Origin: a virus
Taxonomy: Duplodnaviria > Heunggongvirae > Uroviricota > Caudoviricetes
Virus record (IMG/VR): IMGVR_UViG_3300027792_000307
Span: 64,866-128,865 of that record
Length of the DNA stretch: 64,000 nucleotides
Strand: one strand, 5' to 3'
Part shown: one piece after another, positions 28,893 through 38,116 of the stretch
Position numbering within the stretch: the first letter of the stretch is position 1
How the letters are laid out: each line of letters starts with the position of its first letter
Made by a program: the position numbers and the translations under genes
Notes under the pieces: model-generated
Seen by the model: only the letters and a program-made list of their open reading frames with translations
Databases searched by the model: none
What the model was told of the DNA's origin: nothing

Positions 28893-29511
28893 TTCTGTTA
28901 CTTGGACTAATCTTTCCAAGCATTTCAATGAACTTGATAAAAGTATAGATGTAAATCCTGGAGACCATGTAATTGATTGTGGAGCACACTTCGGAGATAT
29001 AACACTTTACTTGATGCTTAGAGCAGGAGAATTAGGAAAAGTCTATGGCATAGAAGCAGATTCGTACAATTATTCTATTCTAAAAAATTGGGTTGATAAT
29101 TTGAACATAGGTAAATATATAACTCCAATAAACTTAGCTATATCAAATAAAAAGGGAACAATAAGATTATATAAATCTGATACACACACAACAAGACACT
29201 CTATTTTCAAAAATCTAATGGAAGATAGGAATAATTATGAGGAAGTAAAATCGGATACTTTAGATAATATAGTAGAAAGATATAGAATTAAAAAACTTGA
29301 TTTTATCTATATGAATATGGAGGGAGCAGAATATTTAGCGTTTGAAGGTATGACAAATATATTAGATAAATTTAAACCAAGATTCTGCATAGCTGAACAT
29401 AAAAATGAAATATTTAAAGAAAAAATACCAGAAATACTAAAAAATTATGGTTATAAAACAAAAATAATTAATGATAAGGTAAAGGATAGGATAGTAATTG
29501 CAGAAATATAA
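28867..29511 (+). CDS. FkbM-family methyltransferase
   Basis: VIDCGAHFG, GKVYGIEAD, TLD...LDFIYMNMEGAE. Confidence 0.85.
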   Translation: MITREEVINSVTWTNLSKHFNELDKSIDVNPGDHVIDCGAHFGDITLYLMLRAGELGKVYGIEADSYNYSILKNWVDNLNIGKYITPINLAISNKKGTIRLYKSDTHTTRHSIFKNLMEDRNNYEEVKSDTLDNIVERYRIKKLDFIYMNMEGAEYLAFEGMTNILDKFKPRFCIAEHKNEIFKEKIPEILKNYGYKTKIINDKVKDRIVIAEI

Positions 29512-30781
29512 AGTATTAATAGTAATGGACGATATAAATTATGAATATTTGGGGATAATGTACATATCCAAAATACTAAAAAATGCTGGAAATATAATTA
29601 AGTTGCATCTATTAAAAGATCCAATAGAGAATATATTAGAATTCAAACCAGATTTTGTGTTATATAGCTTAATTACAGGAGATCATCAAAAGTTTATAGA
29701 ATTTAATAAAAAATTGAAGGAATTAATAAATTTCACATCTATATTTGGTGGACCACATCCTACATATTTTACAGATATGATAAATATAAAGGGGGTCGAT
29801 TATATATTACGTGGAGAAGGAGAATTATCTATTCTTGATATATTAAAGAAGCCAAAAGAACGGATTATAATAGGAAAATTACCAGAAAATTTGGATGATA
29901 TTCCCTTCCCAGATAGAGATTTGTTATATCATATAACAAAACATAAGAATAATCCTATAAGACATTTTATATCCTCTAGAGGATGTCCTTATAACTGTTC
30001 TTATTGTTATAATAGCATATGGAGAAAAATATATAAAAATAAAAAGACAGTTAGATATAGAAGTCCAGAGAATGTTATAAAAGAGATATTAGAGGTTATA
30101 TCAAAATATTATACAAAATTAATATATTTCCAAGACGATTGCTTTGATGCAAATAAGGAATGGCTATATAAGTTCTTAGATTTATATAAAAAGAATTTAA
30201 ATTTACCATTTCACTGTATTATTAGATTAGATATATTGGATGATAAAACGGCCAAAAAGTTATCTGAAGCCGGTTGTATAAGTGTTAGATGTGCCGCTGA
30301 AAGTGGTAATGATTATCTTAGAAATAAAATACTACATAGAAATATGTCTAAAGAGAGTATATACACAGGAACAAAATTACTTAAAAAATATAAAATAGGA
30401 TTTGTGCTACAAAATATGATAGGATTGCCTGAGAGTAATTTAAAAAGAGATATGGAAACCTTATTTGTTAATATTAAATGTAGACCAACTCTTGGATGGT
30501 GTAGTATATTCCAACCTTATCCTATGACAGAAATAGGAAAGAGTTTTATTTTGGATGTAGATACATTTAAACCTAGTTTCTACGAGGAAAGCATAATTGA
30601 TATACCTCATAAAAAAGAGGTTAAAAAATTACAGAAAATATTCGGTACTATAACAAAGTATCCATTTCTCTATATATTTACCCCAATCCTTATTAAGCTA
30701 CCTTTAGATAAGATATATAAAAAACTGTGGATATATAACAATAATAGAGCCGATAAGATATTATATGGGGGTATTATATGA
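29498..30781 (+). CDS. Cobalamin-binding radical SAM enzyme (class B methyltransferase-like)
   Basis: B12 domain FGGPHPTY...GEGE, then SRGCPYNCSYC, YRSPENVI, AESG, MIGLP. Confidence 0.88.
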   Translation: MQKYKVLIVMDDINYEYLGIMYISKILKNAGNIIKLHLLKDPIENILEFKPDFVLYSLITGDHQKFIEFNKKLKELINFTSIFGGPHPTYFTDMINIKGVDYILRGEGELSILDILKKPKERIIIGKLPENLDDIPFPDRDLLYHITKHKNNPIRHFISSRGCPYNCSYCYNSIWRKIYKNKKTVRYRSPENVIKEILEVISKYYTKLIYFQDDCFDANKEWLYKFLDLYKKNLNLPFHCIIRLDILDDKTAKKLSEAGCISVRCAAESGNDYLRNKILHRNMSKESIYTGTKLLKKYKIGFVLQNMIGLPESNLKRDMETLFVNIKCRPTLGWCSIFQPYPMTEIGKSFILDVDTFKPSFYEESIIDIPHKKEVKKLQKIFGTITKYPFLYIFTPILIKLPLDKIYKKLWIYNNNRADKILYGGII

Positions 30782-31680
30782 ATATAGGATATTGTTTACA
30801 AGGCTATCCAGTTAAAAGTCAAACCTGGATTCCTCTAGAAATAGAAGAATTAGAAAAAAGGGGTCATAAAGTTAATGTTATTGATATAGAGAAACCTTTA
30901 AATCAAAAAGAAATTAAGGAATGTGAGTTTATAATTTGTCACTTTGCTTTCCAAGGTTTATATGCAAGTAGATGGGGGATACCTTATGGGGTAATCCCAC
31001 ACGCCTACGATATATTTAAAGATAATGGAACCACTCTTAAAAAAGTATCGGAATATAAAAATTGTAAGTTTATAGGATGTGTTTCAGAATTTCATAAAGA
31101 AAAGTATATAGAATGGGGGATTAATAAACCACTAAAATATACGTTTGTTTGCTGTAATGTGGATACATTATATAAAAAGAAAGAAAATCTTGGTGAAAAA
31201 ATTATTACAGGTGGTAGAGACAAAGAAAAGAAGGGATTTAAATATGCCGCAGAGGGTTTCCCAACAATCCATATGTTTGGTAGCGAATCTTTAAACTCTT
31301 ATAAATCAATATCAAATAGAATAACCTGTTATAATTGGCCATCTATTAAAAAATTAAGGAATTTATTAGATGAATCTTGGTTATTTGTTGCCCCATTTGT
31401 TATAGCGTCAAATGGTGATATGGATAGTCCATTATGTACAACAGTGAAGGAAGCTCTATTAATGGAATTACAGGTTCTGACAACAGATATTTGGGGTAAT
31501 AAAGAGTTTAAATATGTACATTATACTACAAAGGAAGATATAGCTAAAGGATACAATGGAGAAGTTTACAAGCAGATTATTAAAGAAAGGAATACCAGTG
31601 GAAGACAATATGTTATTGATACATTCTCACCAAAAGTATGTATAAATAAATATCTTTCTGCGATTGAAAGTGTACTATAA
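30778..31680 (+). CDS. GT4 glycosyltransferase, paralog of 5529-6431
   Basis: EELEKRGH, HAYDIF, KEKKG, NGDMD...TVKEALLMELQV. Confidence 0.82.
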   Translation: MNIGYCLQGYPVKSQTWIPLEIEELEKRGHKVNVIDIEKPLNQKEIKECEFIICHFAFQGLYASRWGIPYGVIPHAYDIFKDNGTTLKKVSEYKNCKFIGCVSEFHKEKYIEWGINKPLKYTFVCCNVDTLYKKKENLGEKIITGGRDKEKKGFKYAAEGFPTIHMFGSESLNSYKSISNRITCYNWPSIKKLRNLLDESWLFVAPFVIASNGDMDSPLCTTVKEALLMELQVLTTDIWGNKEFKYVHYTTKEDIAKGYNGEVYKQIIKERNTSGRQYVIDTFSPKVCINKYLSAIESVL

Positions 31681-31912
31681 ATACCGTGTATTGTGGTGTT
31701 GGTCTTCAACAGATTACCCAGAATTAACAGAAGAAAAAATACAGAATTATTTTAAATATTCTGAAGATTTTCCTAAATATGGATTATATGAAGAATGGGT
31801 TGTTCTAAGTGAACACGAATTTGTGGAATATAGATTTAATCATTGGAATCACGATTACTTCATAAGAGTAATAGAAAAGGAGGAATATGAGAAGAAAAAA
31901 AATATTAAATGA
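31664..31912 (+). CDS. Hypothetical protein, 82 aa
   Basis: Overlaps its neighbours in operon fashion; no motif recognised. Confidence 0.55.
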   Translation: MKVYYKYRVLWCWSSTDYPELTEEKIQNYFKYSEDFPKYGLYEEWVVLSEHEFVEYRFNHWNHDYFIRVIEKEEYEKKKNIK

Positions 31913-32021
31913 AGAATCTCACGGAATTGACGAGCACAATTATTATATAAAGAGAAAAAAACAATGTCCTAAATGTATTAAGGGATCGAAGATAGTTCAT
32001 GAATCGGAGTTAAAATGTTAG
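31887..32021 (+). CDS. 44-aa Cys/His protein (not in ORF track)
   Basis: GGAGG RBS at 31879-31883; MRRKKILNEESHGIDEHNYYIKRKKQCPKCIKGSKIVHESELKC fills the gap. Confidence 0.6.
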   Translation: MRRKKILNEESHGIDEHNYYIKRKKQCPKCIKGSKIVHESELKC

Positions 32022-32236
32022 AAATAGAGCAAAAATATGAATTAGAAAAAAAGATACTTAAAACGCTGCGATTGCTGGAAATAACTACCCATCCATTAAA
32101 GAAAAAAAGGTTGGATAAGAAACTTCAAGGTTTATTTAAAAAACTACAGGAATTACAGACAAAAAAACAGGAATATATAAAAGTAGATTTAATAGAAGAA
32201 AATGTTATAAATAATGAGAAAAATAATGGAGAATGA
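32015..32236 (+). CDS. Hypothetical basic, helical protein, 73 aa
   Basis: GGAG RBS upstream; Lys/Leu/Glu-rich. Confidence 0.55.
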   Translation: MLEIEQKYELEKKILKTLRLLEITTHPLKKKRLDKKLQGLFKKLQELQTKKQEYIKVDLIEENVINNEKNNGE

Positions 32237-32738
32237 AGAAATAATAAAAAATATAAAAAAATTATCAAAAGAACCATTCTACGATATTAAATCAATGTCA
32301 ATAGAATTAGGTATAAGTAGAAAATTTATAAAAGAAGTTTGTAAAAATAATGATATATGTATACCACAAAATAGATCTGAAATTCGTAAAAGAAGTAAAT
32401 ATCGACTACTTGTTAGTAGACATGATTATTTAGTAGAAAAAGGTCAAGTTATTTTCTTATTAAGTAATGGATATATGAAATGTAAAGATTGCGGAGAGAT
32501 TAATTTTGATTTACTAACTATAGATCATAAAAATGGTGGGGGATCAAGAATAAAGAAGAATACGGGATTAAGTGCAATCATGACTGTAATGATAGAATTA
32601 AATAAAGGAATATTGGATATAGATAACTATGATATAATTTGTCATAATTGTCAACATCTAAGAGCATTAAATAATTGTTATAAATCAAGAACTTGGAATT
32701 ACGAGGAATTTAAGGATTGGAATGGAGAAAAATTTTAA
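32214..32738 (+). CDS. HNH-like endonuclease with possible N-terminal HTH
   Basis: CKDCG...LTIDHKNGGG...IICHNCQHLR. Confidence 0.7.
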   Translation: MRKIMENEEIIKNIKKLSKEPFYDIKSMSIELGISRKFIKEVCKNNDICIPQNRSEIRKRSKYRLLVSRHDYLVEKGQVIFLLSNGYMKCKDCGEINFDLLTIDHKNGGGSRIKKNTGLSAIMTVMIELNKGILDIDNYDIICHNCQHLRALNNCYKSRTWNYEEFKDWNGEKF

Positions 32739-33001
32739 TTTAATGAAAAGACCGCACCAAAGTAGCCAAAATTAAAAATATGCTCTCCAGTGCCCTATAT
32801 TAGCAACATTTTAGAGAAATATAGCAAGTATTAGATACATTTTTTCAATGTTTAAATTTTATGTAGTTTATGTAGACTTTTTAGGAAAATGGATACTTTT
32901 ATGGCATTTTCTACATAAAGTTATTCCATAAAGATAATAATAATTCTGGTTCTATTTCGTATATTGTAATAAATTTTCCATTAATTTTGTTTCTTTCCAT
33001 A
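32739..33001. promoter_or_regulatory. AT-rich convergent junction; candidate oligo-T termination/regulatory region
   Basis: The largest non-coding gap. It has T-runs and TTTATGTAG x3 (32858, 32867, inverted at 32911); no GC-rich hairpin seen. Confidence 0.45.
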
Positions 33002-33613
33002 TTATAAATAACTACTAGAAGACACGTAACCTTCTATCTTACATTCTATCCACTGAGAATTCCTTATAGGGTGAAGCGTCAACGTTTTCGGGTAGATTAT
33101 CTGATTCCTTCTCATTCTTTTTAATGTACTATCATTCATGCGTTGAGAAGAGGGGGTTGGGTACAATCTTAAAGTATTGTAACCTTGCCACGAGGAATCT
33201 ACAAAGTGAGGTTTCCCTAGTATTTTATATAGTTCTCTAACAGCACCTGGTCTTATATTTTCCATTAAAGTGTCTACATCTTCTTTATATAGCCAGGTTT
33301 CTACTATAACTGAATAATCCTGAACATCCCAGCGAGAACATCTACAGTCGATATATTCTGTATCTAAACCCTGTCCATAGAATATAGCTAGGTCATTAAT
33401 CCATATAGGAGGGCCTATAGGTTCTATTTCTATAACTAGATTCCCAAAGCAAATACCTAAATTTGGGGACATTCCTTCTCCACCCTCTCCTAAAAAGGAT
33501 ATTGGGAATGAAAGTGGAAACTTATCTAATTCCCCACCTACACCACCTATACCATCAAAATAGTATGGAAAAGCAAAATGACTTGCTGCTGGGTGTTCCT
33601 GTCTTTCAGTCAT
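33002..33613 (-). CDS. Minor tail protein, Dit-like family paralog 3 (track start 33628; ATGA overlap supports 33613)
   Basis: SRWDVQDY...IETW...IRPGAVRELYKILGKP shared with 45128 and 45499; N-terminal FPLSFPISF motif. Confidence 0.55.
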   Translation of the reverse strand: MTERQEHPAASHFAFPYYFDGIGGVGGELDKFPLSFPISFLGEGGEGMSPNLGICFGNLVIEIEPIGPPIWINDLAIFYGQGLDTEYIDCRCSRWDVQDYSVIVETWLYKEDVDTLMENIRPGAVRELYKILGKPHFVDSSWQGYNTLRLYPTPSSQRMNDSTLKRMRRNQIIYPKTLTLHPIRNSQWIECKIEGYVSSSSYL

Positions 33614-34797
33614 GCTCCAGCAACCCATCTCCAGGAAGTAACAGATCCAACTCTATGATAAATATTTGCTGATTTTTGTATGTATCCGATTGTCCAAGAA
33701 GTTGGATTAGATGAATTGGTTATAAATCCCTTTGAAACCCCATATTGACCAGATTTTAATGTCCAACTATTTGTTGACCCGATGAAGGTCCCATAAGTAG
33801 TCCATCCAACTTCTGGAGCGTAAGCTTCTTCCACTTCTATCGAATTATAAAATGGTTCCGTTGTTATTAATTTTCTAACAAAAACATCATCTACAAGAAC
33901 ATAGTCGCTTCCTGTTAAGGTAACACCATGAACATGGCTAGTTAAAGCACCATTTGAAGTAGTGCTATCACTTACAGTATCTTCAGAAATACCAGAATAG
34001 AACACTTCCATATCTGAACCTACTACACTTGCTTCGATGTTATACCAAGTATTCTCTGATACTGGTCCTTCATTGCCTCCGATATTTGACCAAGCTCCAG
34101 TGGCAAATTCAAAAAATCCACCATCACTTGCACTATTTTGAACTCTCCAACAATAACCTTGATTAAAAGTTAACCCATCTGTCCGCCAACCGAATTGATG
34201 TATCTTTCTTGCACCAGCACCAGCTAAATAAACTTTGTAATGTAATGCAAAATCTGTAAGATTTGTAATATCACTTGCATAACATCTAGTATCATAATAG
34301 GAATTTTTAGTTTGTGATGCATCTGGGTTATGTCGTAAACAACCACCATCTATGACAATACAATCTGTATTTTGATCATCTATTGTCCATTTAGATAAAT
34401 CTCCAGAAAAGTCATCAAAGAATAAGAATGTATTGTCTCCGTTAGAAGAATTCTTTGCTTCAGAATTTCCATAATATATATAAACATCTAAATTGGATTC
34501 TAAACTATCTGATACTTCAACCCATACAGTTGCTAATCTATTTGGAGCAGTTCCAGATACTTCTTCAACCCAAAAGTCTAATAAAGTTTCATGGTCATCT
34601 AATGTAAACCTTAAATCCCCACTATAGTTAGATCCGGAAGGAAACTTTTCGGAATGTCCACCCAAATCAAAATTCTCACCAGTAGCATCTACACTTTCTC
34701 CAACTAATAATTTAACCTGGTAATCTGTACCTGCACCAGTTTGGCCAGATATAGTAATTTTTCTTCTATAAGGCCAATTAGAATTATACCAACTCAT
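33610..34797 (-). CDS. DUF2341 domain + lectin-like virion protein
   Basis: WPYRRKITI, DLRF, VWVEV, YIYYGN, TFLFFDDF. Confidence 0.75.
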   Translation of the reverse strand: MSWYNSNWPYRRKITISGQTGAGTDYQVKLLVGESVDATGENFDLGGHSEKFPSGSNYSGDLRFTLDDHETLLDFWVEEVSGTAPNRLATVWVEVSDSLESNLDVYIYYGNSEAKNSSNGDNTFLFFDDFSGDLSKWTIDDQNTDCIVIDGGCLRHNPDASQTKNSYYDTRCYASDITNLTDFALHYKVYLAGAGARKIHQFGWRTDGLTFNQGYCWRVQNSASDGGFFEFATGAWSNIGGNEGPVSENTWYNIEASVVGSDMEVFYSGISEDTVSDSTTSNGALTSHVHGVTLTGSDYVLVDDVFVRKLITTEPFYNSIEVEEAYAPEVGWTTYGTFIGSTNSWTLKSGQYGVSKGFITNSSNPTSWTIGYIQKSANIYHRVGSVTSWRWVAGA

Positions 34798-34809
34798 ATT
34801 AACCCTTAA

Positions 34810-35310
34810 TCATGGCTTAGAGTATGTAATTTGGTTCCATTGATAAGAAGAGCCATTATAAACACTTATCCATACCCAAGTACCATTAGCATTACCAGAA
34901 GTACATATAATTTTGAAAGGTTTTGTGGAGGCAGCTCCAGCAGCAGTTAAAGATAGATATAAAGGTGTTCTCCATTGTCCAGAAATTGATGCAGATGAAA
35001 CATAATTCCACCTAGCAGAACTTTGTCTATATCTACTAATTGCTGTTGAGGAACCTGGGAATCTAGACTTAACATTAGAACTATTAGCATACCAAGTCTT
35101 GTTACTAGACCATGTCCATAATTTATGTAGACTACCTGAAGTGGCATTTAATATAGTTCTATTTAAATTTGAACTGCCAGCAAAAAGAGATTTAGCGTTT
35201 GAAGAGAAACTAATGGCATTTCCAGATACATTTAGTAAGCACTGTGCAAATTCGTTCCATTCATCGTGCGTTATCTCATCTTCTGCAGTTTGGGATGGTT
35301 TCCAGGTCAT
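34810..35310 (-). CDS. Short fibre-like protein (miniature paralog of 40430-45115)
   Basis: Shares the N-cap, the TSGSLHKLWxWSSNK module and the ISGQW C-cap with the large fibre. Confidence 0.65.
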   Translation of the reverse strand: MTWKPSQTAEDEITHDEWNEFAQCLLNVSGNAISFSSNAKSLFAGSSNLNRTILNATSGSLHKLWTWSSNKTWYANSSNVKSRFPGSSTAISRYRQSSARWNYVSSASISGQWRTPLYLSLTAAGAASTKPFKIICTSGNANGTWVWISVYNGSSYQWNQITYSKP

Positions 35311-35334
35311 ATTTTTTTATTCCTCATAAAGACA

Positions 35335-38115
35335 TCAAACATCCATAAACGAGATTTTTCTATTGGATGTACCAGCCAAATTATAAAATCTTAATCTTCC
35401 AATACCATAGAAACCAAGATTTCCTGAAGCGGGTTGCTCCTCTTCTGGTTCGGATGTATCATATTCATAAGCTCCTATATCATAGGTTCCATTATAAGAA
35501 CGCAAAATATTATCTTTATCATAAGTGGATATATATTTAATATTACCAGAACCTATACCAGGTGCTAGAGGATTAGTTCTATGTAAATCGCTCCCACTTG
35601 CAACATACAATGGGTCTTTGAATATGGATCTTGGACCAAAATATTCGTCATCACCAGCATAATGATTATCGTAACTCCCACTCCAATAAAATCTTAAATT
35701 AGTTGTGCTATTTATCCTATAATATAAATTATCACTAAATTCTATTCTTCCCCCAGACTGTGAATTATCTAAATTTACAACCACAAATGAATCGCTACCA
35801 TTTCCTGCAACCAAAAAAATATTATTCATTATATGATTATCTGTGACATATTGGGGGTCTCCGTTAATTTGTACACACCCATCACTATCTGTAAAAATAC
35901 TATTATTATAAAAACGCATACTCGATAAGTACGCATTGTCTGTAGCTGGTTCGTTTGGTGTAGCAAGGGCTGTAAAATTAGGTGAAGAATGCTCCCATGA
36001 TTTTTGTATTATTATTTCATTATTATATATATCAATATTGTAAGAACCCCCTCCAGCCTCTTCGGAACCAACTGTTATACCAGCACCGCTATTAGATGAT
36101 ATATAATTATTATATATATCCATATTTTTAACTTCAGAATACATACCATCGCAATATATACTAACGTGGTTGTAATTCCAATCAAATTTTGGAGAATGTC
36201 TATTATTAAGGATTATGTTATCGTGGATAGACCCACTTTTAGTTCCACTTTTTACATCTATACCTTCTTTTCCAAAATTATATAAGGTATTGTGATGAAT
36301 TTCTGGCCACCATATATTACTAATGGATATACATTCATTAGGACTAACAGTTTCAGTAGATTTTGTTATACCATCATTAACATTGTAAACTGTATTATTA
36401 CATATCTCCACATATCTTATCCAAGAATTAGGATGTGCACCAGCTCCACCATTAATATGAAATCCAGACCCACTCGAATTAAAAACTTCGCAGTAGCTTA
36501 TTTTTAAATGATGAGTTAAATCATGGCCAAGTCCTTCTCCTACAGCAAGTACATTATAGTCATTACCAGCCCAACCAAGTCTTAAACCACTTATATGTAA
36601 ATAACTATTAGACGAAGTAATTTTAATTATTCCATGATAATTATCATATGGTGCAGTATGGTCAGCTAATGTATTAGAACTTATTAAAACGTCCTCTCCG
36701 TTGTAAGGACATATTAATGACCAATTATTAGAATTACCACTAATTCCTTTTAAATCTAATTGTTCTAAATAAGCTCCAGAACGAATAAATATATCGTCCC
36801 CGCTTGCCCCAGATCTTTTAATCCAATTAACTGCATGTTGAATTTTAGCCCAAGGATATTCTCTTGAACCTCCTGTTCCACTATATTTATAAGTATCTGA
36901 ACCCACTTTAGATACAAAATAATTCTTTCTTGGTAAGAAATAAGCATCCCTTGCGTCTAAAGTCAAATTAATGCTCTTTCCGGTTATTGTAGATAAACTA
37001 AATGTTTCTGCAGCGTCTCCAAGGCTACTTAAATTAGCTATAACATAGAAATTATCGAAAGTTCTAAAATAAACATCGGTAGTACCAGCGACCTCGGAAT
37101 ATTCATTAATTGGATACCCAAGATCCATATCCATAAAAGAGAACCAACATGGATTTGTAGTTGGAGTATCACCCATATATTGCCAAGCAAAGTATGCTTT
37201 ATTAGGGTCAACTAATCCAAATGTGAAGCAAGCATAACAGAATTTAGCTAATTGTAGTTGTTGAGCTGTGGTTCCATCAGTACATCCAGCAAAAACAGCT
37301 ATATAGTCATCATTATTTGCTACATTTCTTACATAACCAATTTGAGTTATGATAGCCGCAGTATTTCTACTTTCAGTACTTAAAGAGTCATCTACTTTAT
37401 GAGCAAAGTGTTCATAAAATACATATCCTGTATAACTAGCTATTTCATCCAAATGTGTTCCATCTACAACATTAGGCATTAATATTTTATTTGAACCATC
37501 TGGGACAACAGAATTTATATGATTTCTAAAAGTATTTGCAAAGTTATATGAGTATGTTTCCCAATTTGCCATACTCTCTTCCCAAGATGATGGAACTACT
37601 GTCCAATAACCATCAAAATAATCTGGATCAACCCAATAATCATCAAAGAATATACCATCAAATGCAGATGTAGATATAAGAGTAGCAGCCATTCTAGGTA
37701 TGATTGCACTACCATCTGTGGTTCCACTATAAGGAGTTTGCCAATTCATACAATACAAATCAGTATACCCACTTTTCTTTACTATTGTTGTGGATGCATT
37801 CTGGTGTAAGAACCAACTATAATGATTTTTGAATAAATCTTGATTCCAAGGAGAATCTGTTGGATCACCTACATTTGAAGATGTAGTAAATATAGAATCG
37901 TAATAGCCGATAGTTTTTATAGTTCTTCCATAAGTTATAGCTTCATCCTTAACTGTTTGGGCGTAACTAGTATAATAGTATTGATTTGTTGCACTATATA
38001 CACCAAAATCAACTAAATCAAAATGTTGTGCTAAATAATTTCTAACATCTGCCTGGTCTATTCTACCACCATAGCAGACACACATCTTTTGTATTCTAGC
38101 ACCAGAATATGTCAT
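35335..38115 (-). CDS. Glycoside-hydrolase-like barrel + right-handed beta-helix; candidate depolymerase/receptor-binding protein (track start 38211; 38115 preferred)
   Basis: FDGIFFDD; YFVSKVGSD...PWAKIQHAV...GDDIFIRSGAY; repeated IHHNTLYN/IYNN turns; YDIGAYEY. Confidence 0.7.
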   Translation of the reverse strand: MTYSGARIQKMCVCYGGRIDQADVRNYLAQHFDLVDFGVYSATNQYYYTSYAQTVKDEAITYGRTIKTIGYYDSIFTTSSNVGDPTDSPWNQDLFKNHYSWFLHQNASTTIVKKSGYTDLYCMNWQTPYSGTTDGSAIIPRMAATLISTSAFDGIFFDDYWVDPDYFDGYWTVVPSSWEESMANWETYSYNFANTFRNHINSVVPDGSNKILMPNVVDGTHLDEIASYTGYVFYEHFAHKVDDSLSTESRNTAAIITQIGYVRNVANNDDYIAVFAGCTDGTTAQQLQLAKFCYACFTFGLVDPNKAYFAWQYMGDTPTTNPCWFSFMDMDLGYPINEYSEVAGTTDVYFRTFDNFYVIANLSSLGDAAETFSLSTITGKSINLTLDARDAYFLPRKNYFVSKVGSDTYKYSGTGGSREYPWAKIQHAVNWIKRSGASGDDIFIRSGAYLEQLDLKGISGNSNNWSLICPYNGEDVLISSNTLADHTAPYDNYHGIIKITSSNSYLHISGLRLGWAGNDYNVLAVGEGLGHDLTHHLKISYCEVFNSSGSGFHINGGAGAHPNSWIRYVEICNNTVYNVNDGITKSTETVSPNECISISNIWWPEIHHNTLYNFGKEGIDVKSGTKSGSIHDNIILNNRHSPKFDWNYNHVSIYCDGMYSEVKNMDIYNNYISSNSGAGITVGSEEAGGGSYNIDIYNNEIIIQKSWEHSSPNFTALATPNEPATDNAYLSSMRFYNNSIFTDSDGCVQINGDPQYVTDNHIMNNIFLVAGNGSDSFVVVNLDNSQSGGRIEFSDNLYYRINSTTNLRFYWSGSYDNHYAGDDEYFGPRSIFKDPLYVASGSDLHRTNPLAPGIGSGNIKYISTYDKDNILRSYNGTYDIGAYEYDTSEPEEEQPASGNLGFYGIGRLRFYNLAGTSNRKISFMDV

Positions 38116-38116
38116 A

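Noticed and set aside
1-32738. Cluster as a DNA hypermodification system
   Set aside because: No thymidylate-synthase/hydroxymethylase, TET/JBP, DpdA, aGPT-PPlase or dNMP-kinase-like gene is recognisable here. It cannot be fully excluded for the GT4/GT2 enzymes without the rest of the genome.
32911-33000. 29-codon - strand ORF (MERNKINGK...) right after 33002
   Set aside because: Very short, no RBS or motif, in AT-rich sequence; it cannot be supported.
1-33001. Left half as a host O-antigen/capsule locus adjoining a provirus
   Set aside because: No export, polymerase or initiating transferase, no integrase, tRNA or att repeat at the junction. Virus-style micro-ORFs and an HNH are present, and intergenic motifs are shared with the right half. 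Disfavoured, not disproved.
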